From a virus (Duplodnaviria; Caudoviricetes): 64,000 nucleotides of DNA. The position numbers were made by a program, and so were the translations under genes. This document shows, one piece after another, positions 29,932-39,227 of this stretch (positions are counted from its first letter, which is position 1; every line of letters starts with the position of its first letter). The notes below the pieces were generated by a model that ran no database searches, had not been told where the DNA came from, and saw nothing but the letters and a program-made list of their open reading frames with translations. Location: positions 138,610 through 202,609 of the IMG/VR virus record IMGVR_UViG_3300015360_000023, one strand, 5' to 3'.

Positions 29932-30420
29932 TTAATCCCTTTGAATCAAATTGGGCATAGTAATAAACATTGGAATCATTCCCTTTGCCCGGTAGTCTTT
30001 CTTAATCTGATCGCTTAGGTACTGGTATCCGCTGATAGTACCCCTGCATTTATAACTGCTACATCCACAGCTCATCTTCCATTCTTCCAATGTATCGGTA
30101 GATGAGGTGGAATAATCGAAAAATAATTCCGTTCCCTCCGTAATCAAATACAAAGAATATAAGATGGCCCTGTTACCCACAATGTGGACAAAACAGTTTG
30201 GATCACAACTATGATTGATGTAGTCGTCAACGGCTCCAGATGGCCCCATAATCCTATTGGCCCCCACTTGTAAGAACAAAGCTGGATCAATAGCTGATTT
30301 ATTTTTAGGGACGATTGTACCAGTAAACTCAATGATGGGAGAGTTTGCAGGTATTTTTACCTTAGTAAAAACTCCTAATCCAGTTTTGGATTTCTTAATC
30401 TCTAAGTACTCGTTATACAT
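29932..30420 (-). CDS. SET-domain lysine methyltransferase with post-SET Cys cluster
   Basis: GLGVF, YINHSCDPNC, ELFFDY, CGCSSYKCRG. Confidence 0.88.
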   Translation of the reverse strand: MYNEYLEIKKSKTGLGVFTKVKIPANSPIIEFTGTIVPKNKSAIDPALFLQVGANRIMGPSGAVDDYINHSCDPNCFVHIVGNRAILYSLYLITEGTELFFDYSTSSTDTLEEWKMSCGCSSYKCRGTISGYQYLSDQIKKDYRAKGMIPMFITMPNLIQRD

Positions 30421-30734
30421 TAGTTACCCATTAATTTCTTCATAAATCGCATCATAGAACTACTTGCATCATAGACACGAAGAACTAACTCTTTCCTACC
30501 AACAAGTTTATGTTGAACTTGATTGGGCTGCTTGCCTCTAATCAATTCAGCAGCCTGCTGTGGGTCCTCAGCTAAAACCTTGTAAGTAATAGTGGCGGGA
30601 AGCATACACTCTACCTTAACGTCGTAATAATACTTAGGTTTTGGTGGAGGTATCTTCTGAGCTTCTTTCTTGATTGGCTCAGGCTTTGGAGCTGGCTTAT
30701 CTTCTAATTCTGGAAAATCATTATCTTTAGTCAT
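30420..30734 (-). CDS. Hypothetical protein
   Basis: TAATG overlap with the SET gene; extended -10 (TGATATAAT) 6 nt upstream of ATG. Confidence 0.6.
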   Translation of the reverse strand: MTKDNDFPELEDKPAPKPEPIKKEAQKIPPPKPKYYYDVKVECMLPATITYKVLAEDPQQAAELIRGKQPNQVQHKLVGRKELVLRVYDASSSMMRFMKKLMGN

Positions 30735-30752
30735 AATATGATTATATCAAGG

Positions 30753-31580
30753 TTAACCTTGGGTAGAAAGATAATGTGCATATACTTCAGGGCGACCAGT
30801 TAGTTCATAGAACCTCTTCATAAAGAGATTTTTGGCCACTTGCTGGGGCAAAGGATCTACAATGAAAGGAGCAGCTTCAACTGGGTTTCTCCAGTCAACA
30901 TGAAGTGGACCCATAAGATCTCTAGCTTCAGTAGAGAGCATAATCTTATCAGCGGTCTTAACCGAGGATGGTTCTTTTTCAGGTAACCCGAAGCGCTTGC
31001 AGATAGCCGCCTGCATAACTGTTTCAAATTCAATGTAAGCATCAAATTTACCAGAGTGCTTTAGTGGTCTTGGAACATCCACTAAATAAGCCTCAGAAGC
31101 ATCATGAAGTAATCCCCACAGCCTGTCCTTCTCATCGCATAGGTAGCTTACTAGAACTGAGTGCTGGGCGACTGAATAGAACTTTTTAACATGACCACTG
31201 AATCGACATTGCATGGATAGTGAGTGAGCTATGTCCTGAATGATAATTGAACCTACAACAGGATTGGTTGGGTTGAATCTAATTCCAGAATAGGTTTGAA
31301 TCCAAGGCTCATTTTCATGGAAAAGTCTCTCACTATTCTCAAATACCATAGAGTTTAATGGGCTTTGTTGGAGAGCAGGGTTGTTCTCAAAGAACTTTTT
31401 AATGGTAGCCTCCTCTTCTAAAGTAATGAAGGGTGCTGCAATATCACGCGGACCAGTCTTGATAACTGACTCACTTCTCTGCTCTGGAAAATAAGAGGGG
31501 AAATCTTCCCCACCAAAACTCTCAGGATCTAGATCAAATGTTTGCGTTGACTTCTCAATATGTTCTTTTGTTTTAGACAT
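30753..31580 (-). CDS. HD-domain phosphohydrolase (YfbR-like 5'-deoxynucleotidase)
   Basis: IQTYSG, DIAHSLS..CRF.GH, YSVAQHS, LLHDASEAYL.D.PRPLK, K.AD; start MSKT at 31580 preferred. Confidence 0.82.
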   Translation of the reverse strand: MSKTKEHIEKSTQTFDLDPESFGGEDFPSYFPEQRSESVIKTGPRDIAAPFITLEEEATIKKFFENNPALQQSPLNSMVFENSERLFHENEPWIQTYSGIRFNPTNPVVGSIIIQDIAHSLSMQCRFSGHVKKFYSVAQHSVLVSYLCDEKDRLWGLLHDASEAYLVDVPRPLKHSGKFDAYIEFETVMQAAICKRFGLPEKEPSSVKTADKIMLSTEARDLMGPLHVDWRNPVEAAPFIVDPLPQQVAKNLFMKRFYELTGRPEVYAHYLSTQG

Positions 31581-31582
31581 TT

Positions 31583-32146
31583 TTACTTTCCGGTAGAACC
31601 AAATCCACCTGCTCCTCTTATAGAGGCTCGTGCTTTGCACAGCTTATTATATTCTTCATTGGTAATTCCTTCGACTACCATTTCATCACGGCGTCTTGGA
31701 ATAATCTGTGCAACGGCATCACCGAACTCAATTTTCAATTCAGTGCATCCGCAGTAATCTCCCCACTTTTCTGGCTCATACCATGAACTATTATCATCCC
31801 ATTCTTCTCTGTAGGAGACAGGTGGTAGATATTGGCAAGCAAATACTAATTCACCTTCATATGTTTCATCTACAGTTCCATAGAGAGCATGAAGGTTTTT
31901 CTTAGCGAAAGTACTAGAGCGTGGTTTAATATCATACCACCATCCATCTGGACAATAACCTCGAATGCCTAATGGCATCTTGATAAGATCAAAAGGTTTA
32001 ACTATTAGCGTTTTTCGATCTGACATAGCTGCTCGCACGTCCCAGCCAGAAGCCTTGGGCTCTCCACGAGTTGGGAGGAATCTTTTATCATCCTGAAGGT
32101 CATCACGAAGGGCAAATTTGAAATTGGGGGTATTATATCCGTCCAT
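31583..32146 (-). CDS. dut: dUTPase (trimeric type)
   Basis: Motifs GWDV, PRSS, GTVDETYEGE, GDAVAQII, RGAGGFGSTG. Confidence 0.9.
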   Translation of the reverse strand: MDGYNTPNFKFALRDDLQDDKRFLPTRGEPKASGWDVRAAMSDRKTLIVKPFDLIKMPLGIRGYCPDGWWYDIKPRSSTFAKKNLHALYGTVDETYEGELVFACQYLPPVSYREEWDDNSSWYEPEKWGDYCGCTELKIEFGDAVAQIIPRRRDEMVVEGITNEEYNKLCKARASIRGAGGFGSTGK

Positions 32147-32205
32147 TATGCACTCACTTTAATTATGCTCTTTAAGCAGTCAAGGGTATAAAATATCATA
32201 TATTT

Positions 32206-32784
32206 ATGCCGTCATTTCCGCCAGCTATTATTTTCATCAATTCCGATCCAATCACTCATTATCCAGATGGATACATCTATACTGATGGTTATTATGTGGA
32301 TGGGTATCAAGTTAATCCTGATGGCTATATTAACGACCTTACTAGGAATCTATTGGAGCAACAGCTCTGGATAGATGAAACGATGACTTTTAGAGAGTTT
32401 TCTCTTAGAGTTTCTGTTGATCCTAATTATCAAGCCGTAGTTCATTTACAAGGTAAGAGAATTTTAGTTATTTTGACAGATTTTTATGACGTGACCCATC
32501 GAAACTTAGCGGACTTAGTGCTCTTCTATACCCATGGTCTGGTGTACGTAGAAAAAAATAATTATGGCCCGCCCGGATTATCCCTTCCTCTAGAAAGATT
32601 AAATATCTATGTACTATTACGAGACGTTGGTTCAAGATATGTAACGATTCTCCCTCCCACATCGACCAGACCTCCTCGTTCATTGGGTGGAATTGTAGTG
32701 ATTCAAGGCGCGGATTCTAGTGGTGTTCATGACCCTAATCCAGATAATATTTATAATAATCCAGATTTTATAAATAGGAAGTAA
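32206..32784 (+). CDS. Hypothetical protein
   Basis: 192-aa ORF; YTDGY/VDGY repeats resemble those in the fibre genes. Confidence 0.6.
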   Translation: MPSFPPAIIFINSDPITHYPDGYIYTDGYYVDGYQVNPDGYINDLTRNLLEQQLWIDETMTFREFSLRVSVDPNYQAVVHLQGKRILVILTDFYDVTHRNLADLVLFYTHGLVYVEKNNYGPPGLSLPLERLNIYVLLRDVGSRYVTILPPTSTRPPRSLGGIVVIQGADSSGVHDPNPDNIYNNPDFINRK

Positions 32785-32837
32785 TTTACATGGCATAATC
32801 ATGTATAGTTTGTAGTCTTTTCCATAAGGTACCTAAT

Positions 32838-33365
32838 ATGAAGAAAATTGATGAACTAGTAAAAAGAGTAGAATATTTTGAAAGACTTGCCGTTTATGGC
32901 GATCGATCAACCTTTCTAAAGAGATTAGCTCAAGAATTCACTCCACCACGTGCGGACTCTAATGTTCCATGGGAAGGTGGAAGCAGTCAAGGACCAGCCG
33001 CGAATCCAGTTCAAACAGTTAAAGAAACTGTAATTTCAGTTCCAAAACAAATAAGTCCAAGTGTTCAAAGAGCATTAAATGATTTGTTAGTTCCAACTGG
33101 AGATATTTTTGTTCTTAAAGAAGACGGCGAATTAGGTAAAAATACCCAAGATGCTATTAACAAATTCAAGACCAAATTCTCTAGAGAATTAGCTGGTCAA
33201 CCTGCAAGTGCTAGAAACATACTAGCAGTTAGAGATAAACTTAAAAACCAAAATAGTGCTGTTGCTAAGCAACCATCTTTCAATGCGCCAATAGGCGATA
33301 CTAAGTCATCTGGAATCGGTGAGCATGCCGGCCAAGAAACCTTTGTTCCAGGACCAAAAGTCTAA
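32838..33365 (+). CDS. Protein with a peptidoglycan-binding-like (PG_binding_1-type) segment
   Basis: VQRALN…DGELGKNTQDAINKF matches the DG..G..T..A…F signature. Confidence 0.55.
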   Translation: MKKIDELVKRVEYFERLAVYGDRSTFLKRLAQEFTPPRADSNVPWEGGSSQGPAANPVQTVKETVISVPKQISPSVQRALNDLLVPTGDIFVLKEDGELGKNTQDAINKFKTKFSRELAGQPASARNILAVRDKLKNQNSAVAKQPSFNAPIGDTKSSGIGEHAGQETFVPGPKV

Positions 33366-33467
33366 TACATTATACCAATTCTAATTAGCGTGTTGAGTAG
33401 TTATGTAAGGACTCCTACCTATGCGATTAAGTCTGGTAGAATACACAAAACAATAACTTATCTTTTT

Positions 33468-33505
33468 AAGGCGATGAACTAAAATTCATCGCCTTATATT
33501 TTTGC
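33468..33505 (+). terminator. Intrinsic terminator, possibly bidirectional
   Basis: AAGGCGATGAA / TTCATCGCCTT 11-bp stem with flanking T-rich runs. Confidence 0.7.
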
Positions 33506-33673
33506 TTTTTACTCAACTTAATCTCGACAAACCAATGGGGGATCTAGTAGGGGGTAATAGTATTATGATCTGGGTTAGGACGTTAGGTCACCCTGTAATT
33601 TTTATTTAATAAGCCTAAGGGACTGCTACTGTTTTCCCGTTTACCTGTGGTTATACTTAGTTTTGAGGAAAAC

Positions 33674-34552
33674 ATGAAACACATAGGGCCTATCCTACTA
33701 TTGTCTACCATTGTACTTGGGGCTTGCGTTCAGAAGGAAAATAAAAACATTGTCACTGGAGTCGACGCTTCCGCCCGGCCTGTAGCTCCTTCTAGTGTGC
33801 CCATTAGCACAACACCTACATCATCTCCACATCGTAATTGTCCACCAGATATGGTGAAAGTCGAAGGTGATTATTGTCCTAATGAAGAACAAGTTTGTTT
33901 GTACAATACAGATAATGATGGCAATCGATTGGAAGGTCCCGGTGACTTATCCAAAGCTTGTGGTGAATACAAACAGCCAAGCAAGTGTTTGGTTGAAAAA
34001 GTACATATGAATTTCTGCATTGATAAATATGAATGGCCCAATAAAGAAGGTCAACTCCCTCAAGATTGGATGACTTTTTTCGATGCGCAAAAAGCGGTAG
34101 CATCTGTAGGTAAGCGACTCTGTACTCATAAAGAATGGAGTCTAGCGGCCGAAGGGCCGAACATGCACCCACTGCCATATGGCGATGGATTTCATCGTAA
34201 AAGACTTTGCAATTTTGATAATCACAATCCTGGTATAGATGTTTTTCAGTCTAAGAGTCCGAACGATGAAGCTTCTCAGAAGCTTCGTGCACTATTAGTT
34301 CCTTCTGGTTCTATGGAAGAATGTGTCTCTGATTTTGGAGTACATGATATGTCAGGCAATATTGATGAATGGGTTATCAATGAAAGTAGTAATGATTACT
34401 GCATCAATAAAACCAGTGGTAATTGTAGAACTGGTTTAATGGGAGGGCACATCTGGCATGTGCGCAACGCTAGCCGTCCCATGACTACGGCTCATGGTGC
34501 AGGATTTGGGTGGTATGAGACTGGAGCTAGGGCCTGTAAGGATGCCGAATGA
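33674..34552 (+). CDS. Lipoprotein with an FGE-sulfatase (SUMF1/EgtB/PvdO, C-type lectin fold) domain
   Basis: SD GAGGA; signal peptide with LGAC lipobox; CPPDMV, FCIDKYEWPN, GKRLC…EW, GVHDMSGNIDEWV. Confidence 0.8.
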   Translation: MKHIGPILLLSTIVLGACVQKENKNIVTGVDASARPVAPSSVPISTTPTSSPHRNCPPDMVKVEGDYCPNEEQVCLYNTDNDGNRLEGPGDLSKACGEYKQPSKCLVEKVHMNFCIDKYEWPNKEGQLPQDWMTFFDAQKAVASVGKRLCTHKEWSLAAEGPNMHPLPYGDGFHRKRLCNFDNHNPGIDVFQSKSPNDEASQKLRALLVPSGSMEECVSDFGVHDMSGNIDEWVINESSNDYCINKTSGNCRTGLMGGHIWHVRNASRPMTTAHGAGFGWYETGARACKDAE

Positions 34553-35226
34553 ATCTTAAAGAGTTTTTGGAGTATAGGAAGATCTGCCCAATCTGTAGTG
34601 ATGTGTTGGTTACTTCTTTCCACTCTCAAAAGAAACAAATCATCAGATATGAAGATGATAGGTTTGTTGTTATCTTTCGACTTGATGCGCTTAAAAAGAA
34701 GCAAATCAATTATAAGGTAGGATACTCATTTGGATTCGAAAATAACTCTTGGCATGTAGAATTCTATTCTCAAGATGATAAGAGGTTTGAAAATGATTCG
34801 CCAAACTTTTTGAGGGATCGCTTCAAAGAACTTGATAAGAATCTAGGACAGTATAAGTTTTATCGTCATTGTACAGGGTGTTGCTGTTACAATTATTCAT
34901 CTCAAGATTTTTATCTTGATTATGATTTGGGTCTTATTGAAGAGTTAATAGTTAACGTAGAGTACATAGGAATGCTTCAGCCAGTTGAATCTGGATTCAA
35001 GGTGTATAAACTTCTGAATGATTATGGTGGTGGTAAAAGTACCATCGTATTCGGGCGTCATCACTCGGAACTGATTGCTCGCTCAGATGCCGGAGTAGTT
35101 AATAAGGGGCCATTTATTACTACTAGTTATGGTAGTAATCTGGATATGATTCAGACGCCCATCATTAAATTTACTTCTAATGAAGAAACAATGGAGCGCA
35201 TTAATAAACTCCTTATTTTCTCTTAA
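34549..35226 (+). CDS. CxxC/FS-tail array protein 1 (large type)
   Basis: YRKICPIC…CTGCCC; ends ERINKLLIFS; ATGA overlap. Confidence 0.8.
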   Translation: MNLKEFLEYRKICPICSDVLVTSFHSQKKQIIRYEDDRFVVIFRLDALKKKQINYKVGYSFGFENNSWHVEFYSQDDKRFENDSPNFLRDRFKELDKNLGQYKFYRHCTGCCCYNYSSQDFYLDYDLGLIEELIVNVEYIGMLQPVESGFKVYKLLNDYGGGKSTIVFGRHHSELIARSDAGVVNKGPFITTSYGSNLDMIQTPIIKFTSNEETMERINKLLIFS

Positions 35227-35729
35227 AGGAACGCGCTCAGCTTCTTGACAGCTTGCATCCACCTAATAATATCTACAATGGTATCTATAGGAACGTCATA
35301 AGCTCCGGACCCTTTGAAATAACTTAACCATGGACGGTCAGTAAATCTGTTATCTTTGGATAAGTCAGCACGAACATCCATGTTGCACGGATGACCATTA
35401 GGAGTTGTAGTTTTTTTTTCATAAACTGAAAAGGATAGGACGCCCTTTTCTAAAGGAGTTGTTCCATAATAACCGTTAATTTTGATAGAAAAAGAACCGA
35501 CCTGAATGTTTTGAGTTTTACAGATAGCAGTTTTAATTTGATCTTTACGTAAATTAGTGGCGTCCGTTATTCCATTGAAGATAATATTCTTCATCTTCTC
35601 TTTGGCCGGAGGCTCGGCCCAAATCCAAGAATCATCTGGAGTTTTTTCTTCTGGTTCCTCAGAATAATCGTATTGATGGTCAGTTAGATATTGTAGATAT
35701 TTAAGGTGTTCTTTGCGTGGCGTTGACAT
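35223..35729 (-). CDS. Antisense tail-motif protein without CxxC
   Basis: Ends IVDIIRWMQAVKKLSAFL; similar ending to 40475..40912. Confidence 0.7.
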   Translation of the reverse strand: MSTPRKEHLKYLQYLTDHQYDYSEEPEEKTPDDSWIWAEPPAKEKMKNIIFNGITDATNLRKDQIKTAICKTQNIQVGSFSIKINGYYGTTPLEKGVLSFSVYEKKTTTPNGHPCNMDVRADLSKDNRFTDRPWLSYFKGSGAYDVPIDTIVDIIRWMQAVKKLSAFL

Positions 35730-35774
35730 AGTAGGTCTAAATATAGCTATTTATTACTAATTTGTCATTATTAT

Positions 35775-36431
35775 ATGGATTCTAATAAACTACTTAAGAT
35801 GGCAGAATATTTTTATGCCTTAGCTGTCGGAGAGAAACTTCCGGCTGACGCTAAAGATCTGAAGACTATTTTAAAGAATCTAGAGACGCTTGAGAACTAT
35901 AACTCTCGCAAGAAGTATGCCGAGAAGAACTTAAAGCATTTATCATCTGGTTCATCTAGAATTGTTTATTCTAGCCCAGATGACACTATCATTAAGCTGG
36001 CCAAGAATGATAAGGGAATTGCTCAGAACAAAGCCGAATGTAACCCAAAGATGAAGTCCAAATACCTTAATAAAATTATTAGTCATGCCAAGAACTATTC
36101 TTGGATGGAGACTCACTTTTTAGACAAGATTACTGTCAAAGAATTTGAAGAAATGACTGGTCTTAATTTTGATGATTTTGGGAGCGCCATTAGATACGGG
36201 TTAAAAAATGTTTCGGGAAATACGGACAAAGAAAAACCAGAGAACTTCGACAAAGTTGAGAAGTCCGGAATATATAAGGAGATGAAAAAAATCGGCAATC
36301 AGTTCAAACTGATGCCCGGCGACCTAGCCAGAATCTCCTCATGGGGTACCAAAGATGGTAAACCAGTTTTGATTGATGCGGGTCTTACGAAAGACGTCTT
36401 CGCAGAATTCTATGAATCTTCCTCCTCTTAA
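35775..36431 (+). CDS. Atypical protein-kinase-fold protein
   Basis: GSSRIVY (Gly loop), IIKLA (Lys), QNKAE (alphaC Glu), GDL…SWG (catalytic loop), PVLIDAG (DFG-like). Confidence 0.6.
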   Translation: MDSNKLLKMAEYFYALAVGEKLPADAKDLKTILKNLETLENYNSRKKYAEKNLKHLSSGSSRIVYSSPDDTIIKLAKNDKGIAQNKAECNPKMKSKYLNKIISHAKNYSWMETHFLDKITVKEFEEMTGLNFDDFGSAIRYGLKNVSGNTDKEKPENFDKVEKSGIYKEMKKIGNQFKLMPGDLARISSWGTKDGKPVLIDAGLTKDVFAEFYESSSS

Positions 36432-37023
36432 ATTCCATTCTTTCAAAGAAGCTATTAGCTATAAAACTGTTTGCCCTCTGTGTACTAATGCATTACACAT
36501 CAACGATAGGGATTTAGCAACCGACTATCGCCGCTCAGATTGTGGATTGAAGGAAAGACTTTCTTTTCATGTTAATCAAAGAGAGCAGGACACGATCACT
36601 ATAGATCCAGAGACAGATGAGGTAGAGCTAGTTCTATCTGATAGAATATCTGATGAAGTACTTCAGTCATTACCTCCTGCGACTCAAAAAATAATGAACC
36701 CGCCCATTTACAATGGGATGTTTTTACATGGGCTAACTATTGATTGTAAGAGTTGTTGTCAATATAGTTTTACCTTACAAATTCATTTCGATTTATCTAA
36801 ACAAAAATTATTTGGAATCTTCTTAAACTCTGAGAATGTTAGCATCGAAGAGGGAGAAATGGTTCATGAGATCAAGAACTCTTATGCTACTCAAATAACT
36901 TACTATTCGTATTTTGATAAAGAGGGGGACTCGAAGAAGCTGTCTCTACCTTTAATTCCTCTGGATCTTTCGGAACCTAAGGAGACTGTGGCTCGTATTC
37001 GTAATTTACTAATTTTCTCTTGA
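36412..37023 (+). CDS. CxxC/FS-tail array protein 2 (large type)
   Basis: YKTVCPLC…CKSCC; ends ARIRNLLIFS; start MNLP at 36412 preferred. Confidence 0.8.
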   Translation: MNLPPLKFHSFKEAISYKTVCPLCTNALHINDRDLATDYRRSDCGLKERLSFHVNQREQDTITIDPETDEVELVLSDRISDEVLQSLPPATQKIMNPPIYNGMFLHGLTIDCKSCCQYSFTLQIHFDLSKQKLFGIFLNSENVSIEEGEMVHEIKNSYATQITYYSYFDKEGDSKKLSLPLIPLDLSEPKETVARIRNLLIFS

Positions 37024-37029
37024 GGCAAG

Positions 37030-37740
37030 ATGCTATCACAATTTGTTAACTATAATCATCAATGTCCGTTATGTAATGAGCCACTCAATTTATATATGCG
37101 TTGGCAGGACTCTTTGTTCTTTCAAGCAAAGAGTGTAGAAAGGGACATAATTCAATTTGATGCTTATGCCGGCACTGAAACAAAGGCTGGAACCAAGCCC
37201 GAGTTAGAGGCCTTGAGTGGCGAGAGCATGCTCCTAGGGTTTGAGGGAGATAAAGCGCTCACTGAATTTACCTCTAATGGATTAGCTAATGAAGCTAAGA
37301 AGCATCATATCTATTTCTTCTATCTATGTAATCCAAAAGGTATTAAACAAAAGGGGTTTGCAGATTTTTCCATTTCTCTTTATAAAGGATGTTACTATCG
37401 CTCTACTCCTTTTTATGAGTTCAAACAATCTGAAGATAAGACTTGGGCATTAGATACTGTTAATCCAGATTTTAAAGAAATAGTTAATAAGGACGAATCA
37501 TTTGCCTTCAATTCTATAGAAGATAATTTAGAGAAGGTATATATGATGAATCTAGATCATGAGAAGAAAGAGACTATGCTTTGGTACTATTCAGTAACTG
37601 AAGAGGATAAGAAGGTAAAAGGATTTAGACCTAAGTTATTTGAGAAGAGCGTTCCGTTGCTTTCAAACAGACCTAAGCTAGGGCGTGAGGATAGGGCTAG
37701 GCTGATTGAAAGATTCGATGGTTGGATTATCATGTCATGA
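37030..37740 (+). CDS. CxxC/FS-tail array protein 3 (large type)
   Basis: YNHQCPLC; ends [10 protein letters not shown]. Confidence 0.78.
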   Translation: MLSQFVNYNHQCPLCNEPLNLYMRWQDSLFFQAKSVERDIIQFDAYAGTETKAGTKPELEALSGESMLLGFEGDKALTEFTSNGLANEAKKHHIYFFYLCNPKGIKQKGFADFSISLYKGCYYRSTPFYEFKQSEDKTWALDTVNPDFKEIVNKDESFAFNSIEDNLEKVYMMNLDHEKKETMLWYYSVTEEDKKVKGFRPKLFEKSVPLLSNRPKLGREDRARLIERFDGWIIMS

Positions 37741-38132
37741 GCGATGTAGTTTTGGTTCCAGATCATTATTATAATTGCCCTATTTGTGGACAAGCATGTC
37801 TGGAAGAAAAGATTGATGGGTGGAGGACGGTGCTCAAGACGCAAGGAGCGTGCCAACAATTTATATGCATTAACCCACTTGCGAACAATCCGCTTCATTA
37901 TTACGATCACCTCGTGGATGAGGCTACCCCCAATCGTATTGCTTACCAAGAGTTCTCGATCGATATTGGCAGCAAATATATTATGTTTGCTTTAGATCTG
38001 GTACACCAAAAAACTTTGATTAAAAACAGTGTCAATGCTGATGCATTAGAGCTAGACTTTATAATCGTCCCAGACTTTCCAACTCTTGGCTCCCTCAAAA
38101 AGAAGATTAGAACAGCAATTACATTCTCATGA
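37737..38132 (+). CDS. CxxC/FS-tail array protein 4
   Basis: ATGA overlap start; CPICG; ends [17 protein letters not shown]. Confidence 0.8.
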   Translation: MSDVVLVPDHYYNCPICGQACLEEKIDGWRTVLKTQGACQQFICINPLANNPLHYYDHLVDEATPNRIAYQEFSIDIGSKYIMFALDLVHQKTLIKNSVNADALELDFIIVPDFPTLGSLKKKIRTAITFS

Positions 38133-39223
38133 AAACTGCAACTCAATTAGTGGAATCCTGTCGAGACTTACTTAAAGGTCTTGAGGATATGATTCCCATT
38201 AAAAATCATCAGAATAGGTTGGAGGAGATTGATGAACGCTCCAGCAACCCTAACTTTTGGACTAATACTAATGAAGCTACTAAGCTCATGAAAGAGCGTC
38301 AGAAAGTATCTGATATTCTTTCTTTTATGAAGGGTGCCCAGGACCAGGTAGCTTTCTTCGTAGAGGTGTATGACAATATGGCCGAAGAGCTGGAGGCCAT
38401 GAAGCCTGAACTATCTCTTTTAGAGTCGTCTATGGCTGATTTTGAGTTCCGTCAGATGCTCAAGGAGCCTATTGATGAGAGCCCCGCCATTATGACCATT
38501 TCTGCCGGCGCAGGAGGCCTTGAGGCAGCCAATTGGGTTACCATGCTCCTCCGCATGTACTCCCGCTATGCTGATTCTTTTAAATTCAAAGTAGAGCTAT
38601 TGGATATGAAGCCTTCTGAGGAACATAGCTCTATTTGTACAGATTCAGTCTCTATCAGGATAGATGGCCCTTATGCTTACGGCTTTCTAAGGGGCGAGGC
38701 CGGTGTCCATCGACTTATCCGCAACTCCCCATTCAATTCAGGCGATGCCCGTCATACCTCCTTTGCAGCCGTAGCCGTCACGCCCGACATTGAAGATACC
38801 ATTGAGGTAGTGATAAATGAAAAAGATATTGAGATTACTACTATGCGAGCTTCCGGTGCTGGTGGTCAGAATGTTAACAAAGTAGAGAGTGCCGTTCGTC
38901 TCAAGCACATTCCTACTGGAATCGTCATCAACTCTCGTTCAGAACGAGACCAACATACCAACCGCCGCCTCGCCATGAAGATGCTTAAGGCGAAGTTGTA
39001 TGATTTAGAGATGCGAAGGAAGATGACAGAGAAGGAGAAGTATCTGGCTAGCATGCAGGAGAACTCTTTCGGCAACCAAATGCGCACATACACTCTGACG
39101 CCCTATCAACTAGTCAAGGATGAAAGAACCGACTACCAGGTAAGGGATGCAGATAATGTACTAGATGGAGACATCCAAGGATTCATTACTTCTTATTTAC
39201 ATTTTAGAGATAAAATCGTATAA
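38129..39223 (+). CDS. prfB: Peptide chain release factor 2, uninterrupted reading frame
   Basis: GAGGLEA..W..ML.RMY, GE.GVHRL.R.SPF (RF2 SPF), [15 protein letters not shown] (GGQ), ER.Q..N, FGNQMR.Y. Confidence 0.93.
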   Translation: MKTATQLVESCRDLLKGLEDMIPIKNHQNRLEEIDERSSNPNFWTNTNEATKLMKERQKVSDILSFMKGAQDQVAFFVEVYDNMAEELEAMKPELSLLESSMADFEFRQMLKEPIDESPAIMTISAGAGGLEAANWVTMLLRMYSRYADSFKFKVELLDMKPSEEHSSICTDSVSIRIDGPYAYGFLRGEAGVHRLIRNSPFNSGDARHTSFAAVAVTPDIEDTIEVVINEKDIEITTMRASGAGGQNVNKVESAVRLKHIPTGIVINSRSERDQHTNRRLAMKMLKAKLYDLEMRRKMTEKEKYLASMQENSFGNQMRTYTLTPYQLVKDERTDYQVRDADNVLDGDIQGFITSYLHFRDKIV

Positions 39224-39227
39224 ATGG

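Noticed and set aside
33366-33673. Possible ncRNA in the 300-bp gap
   Set aside because: Only one clear hairpin (the terminator) could be supported.
33674-34552. FGE/C-type-lectin-fold gene as a diversity-generating retroelement target
   Set aside because: No reverse transcriptase and no near-identical TR/VR pair differing at adenines was seen in the window.
38175-38200. CTT-GAG near the prfB 5' end as a relic frameshift site
   Set aside because: Alignment to bacterial RF2 places the frameshift position a few codons later, the frame is open, and there is no in-frame TGA; probably coincidence.
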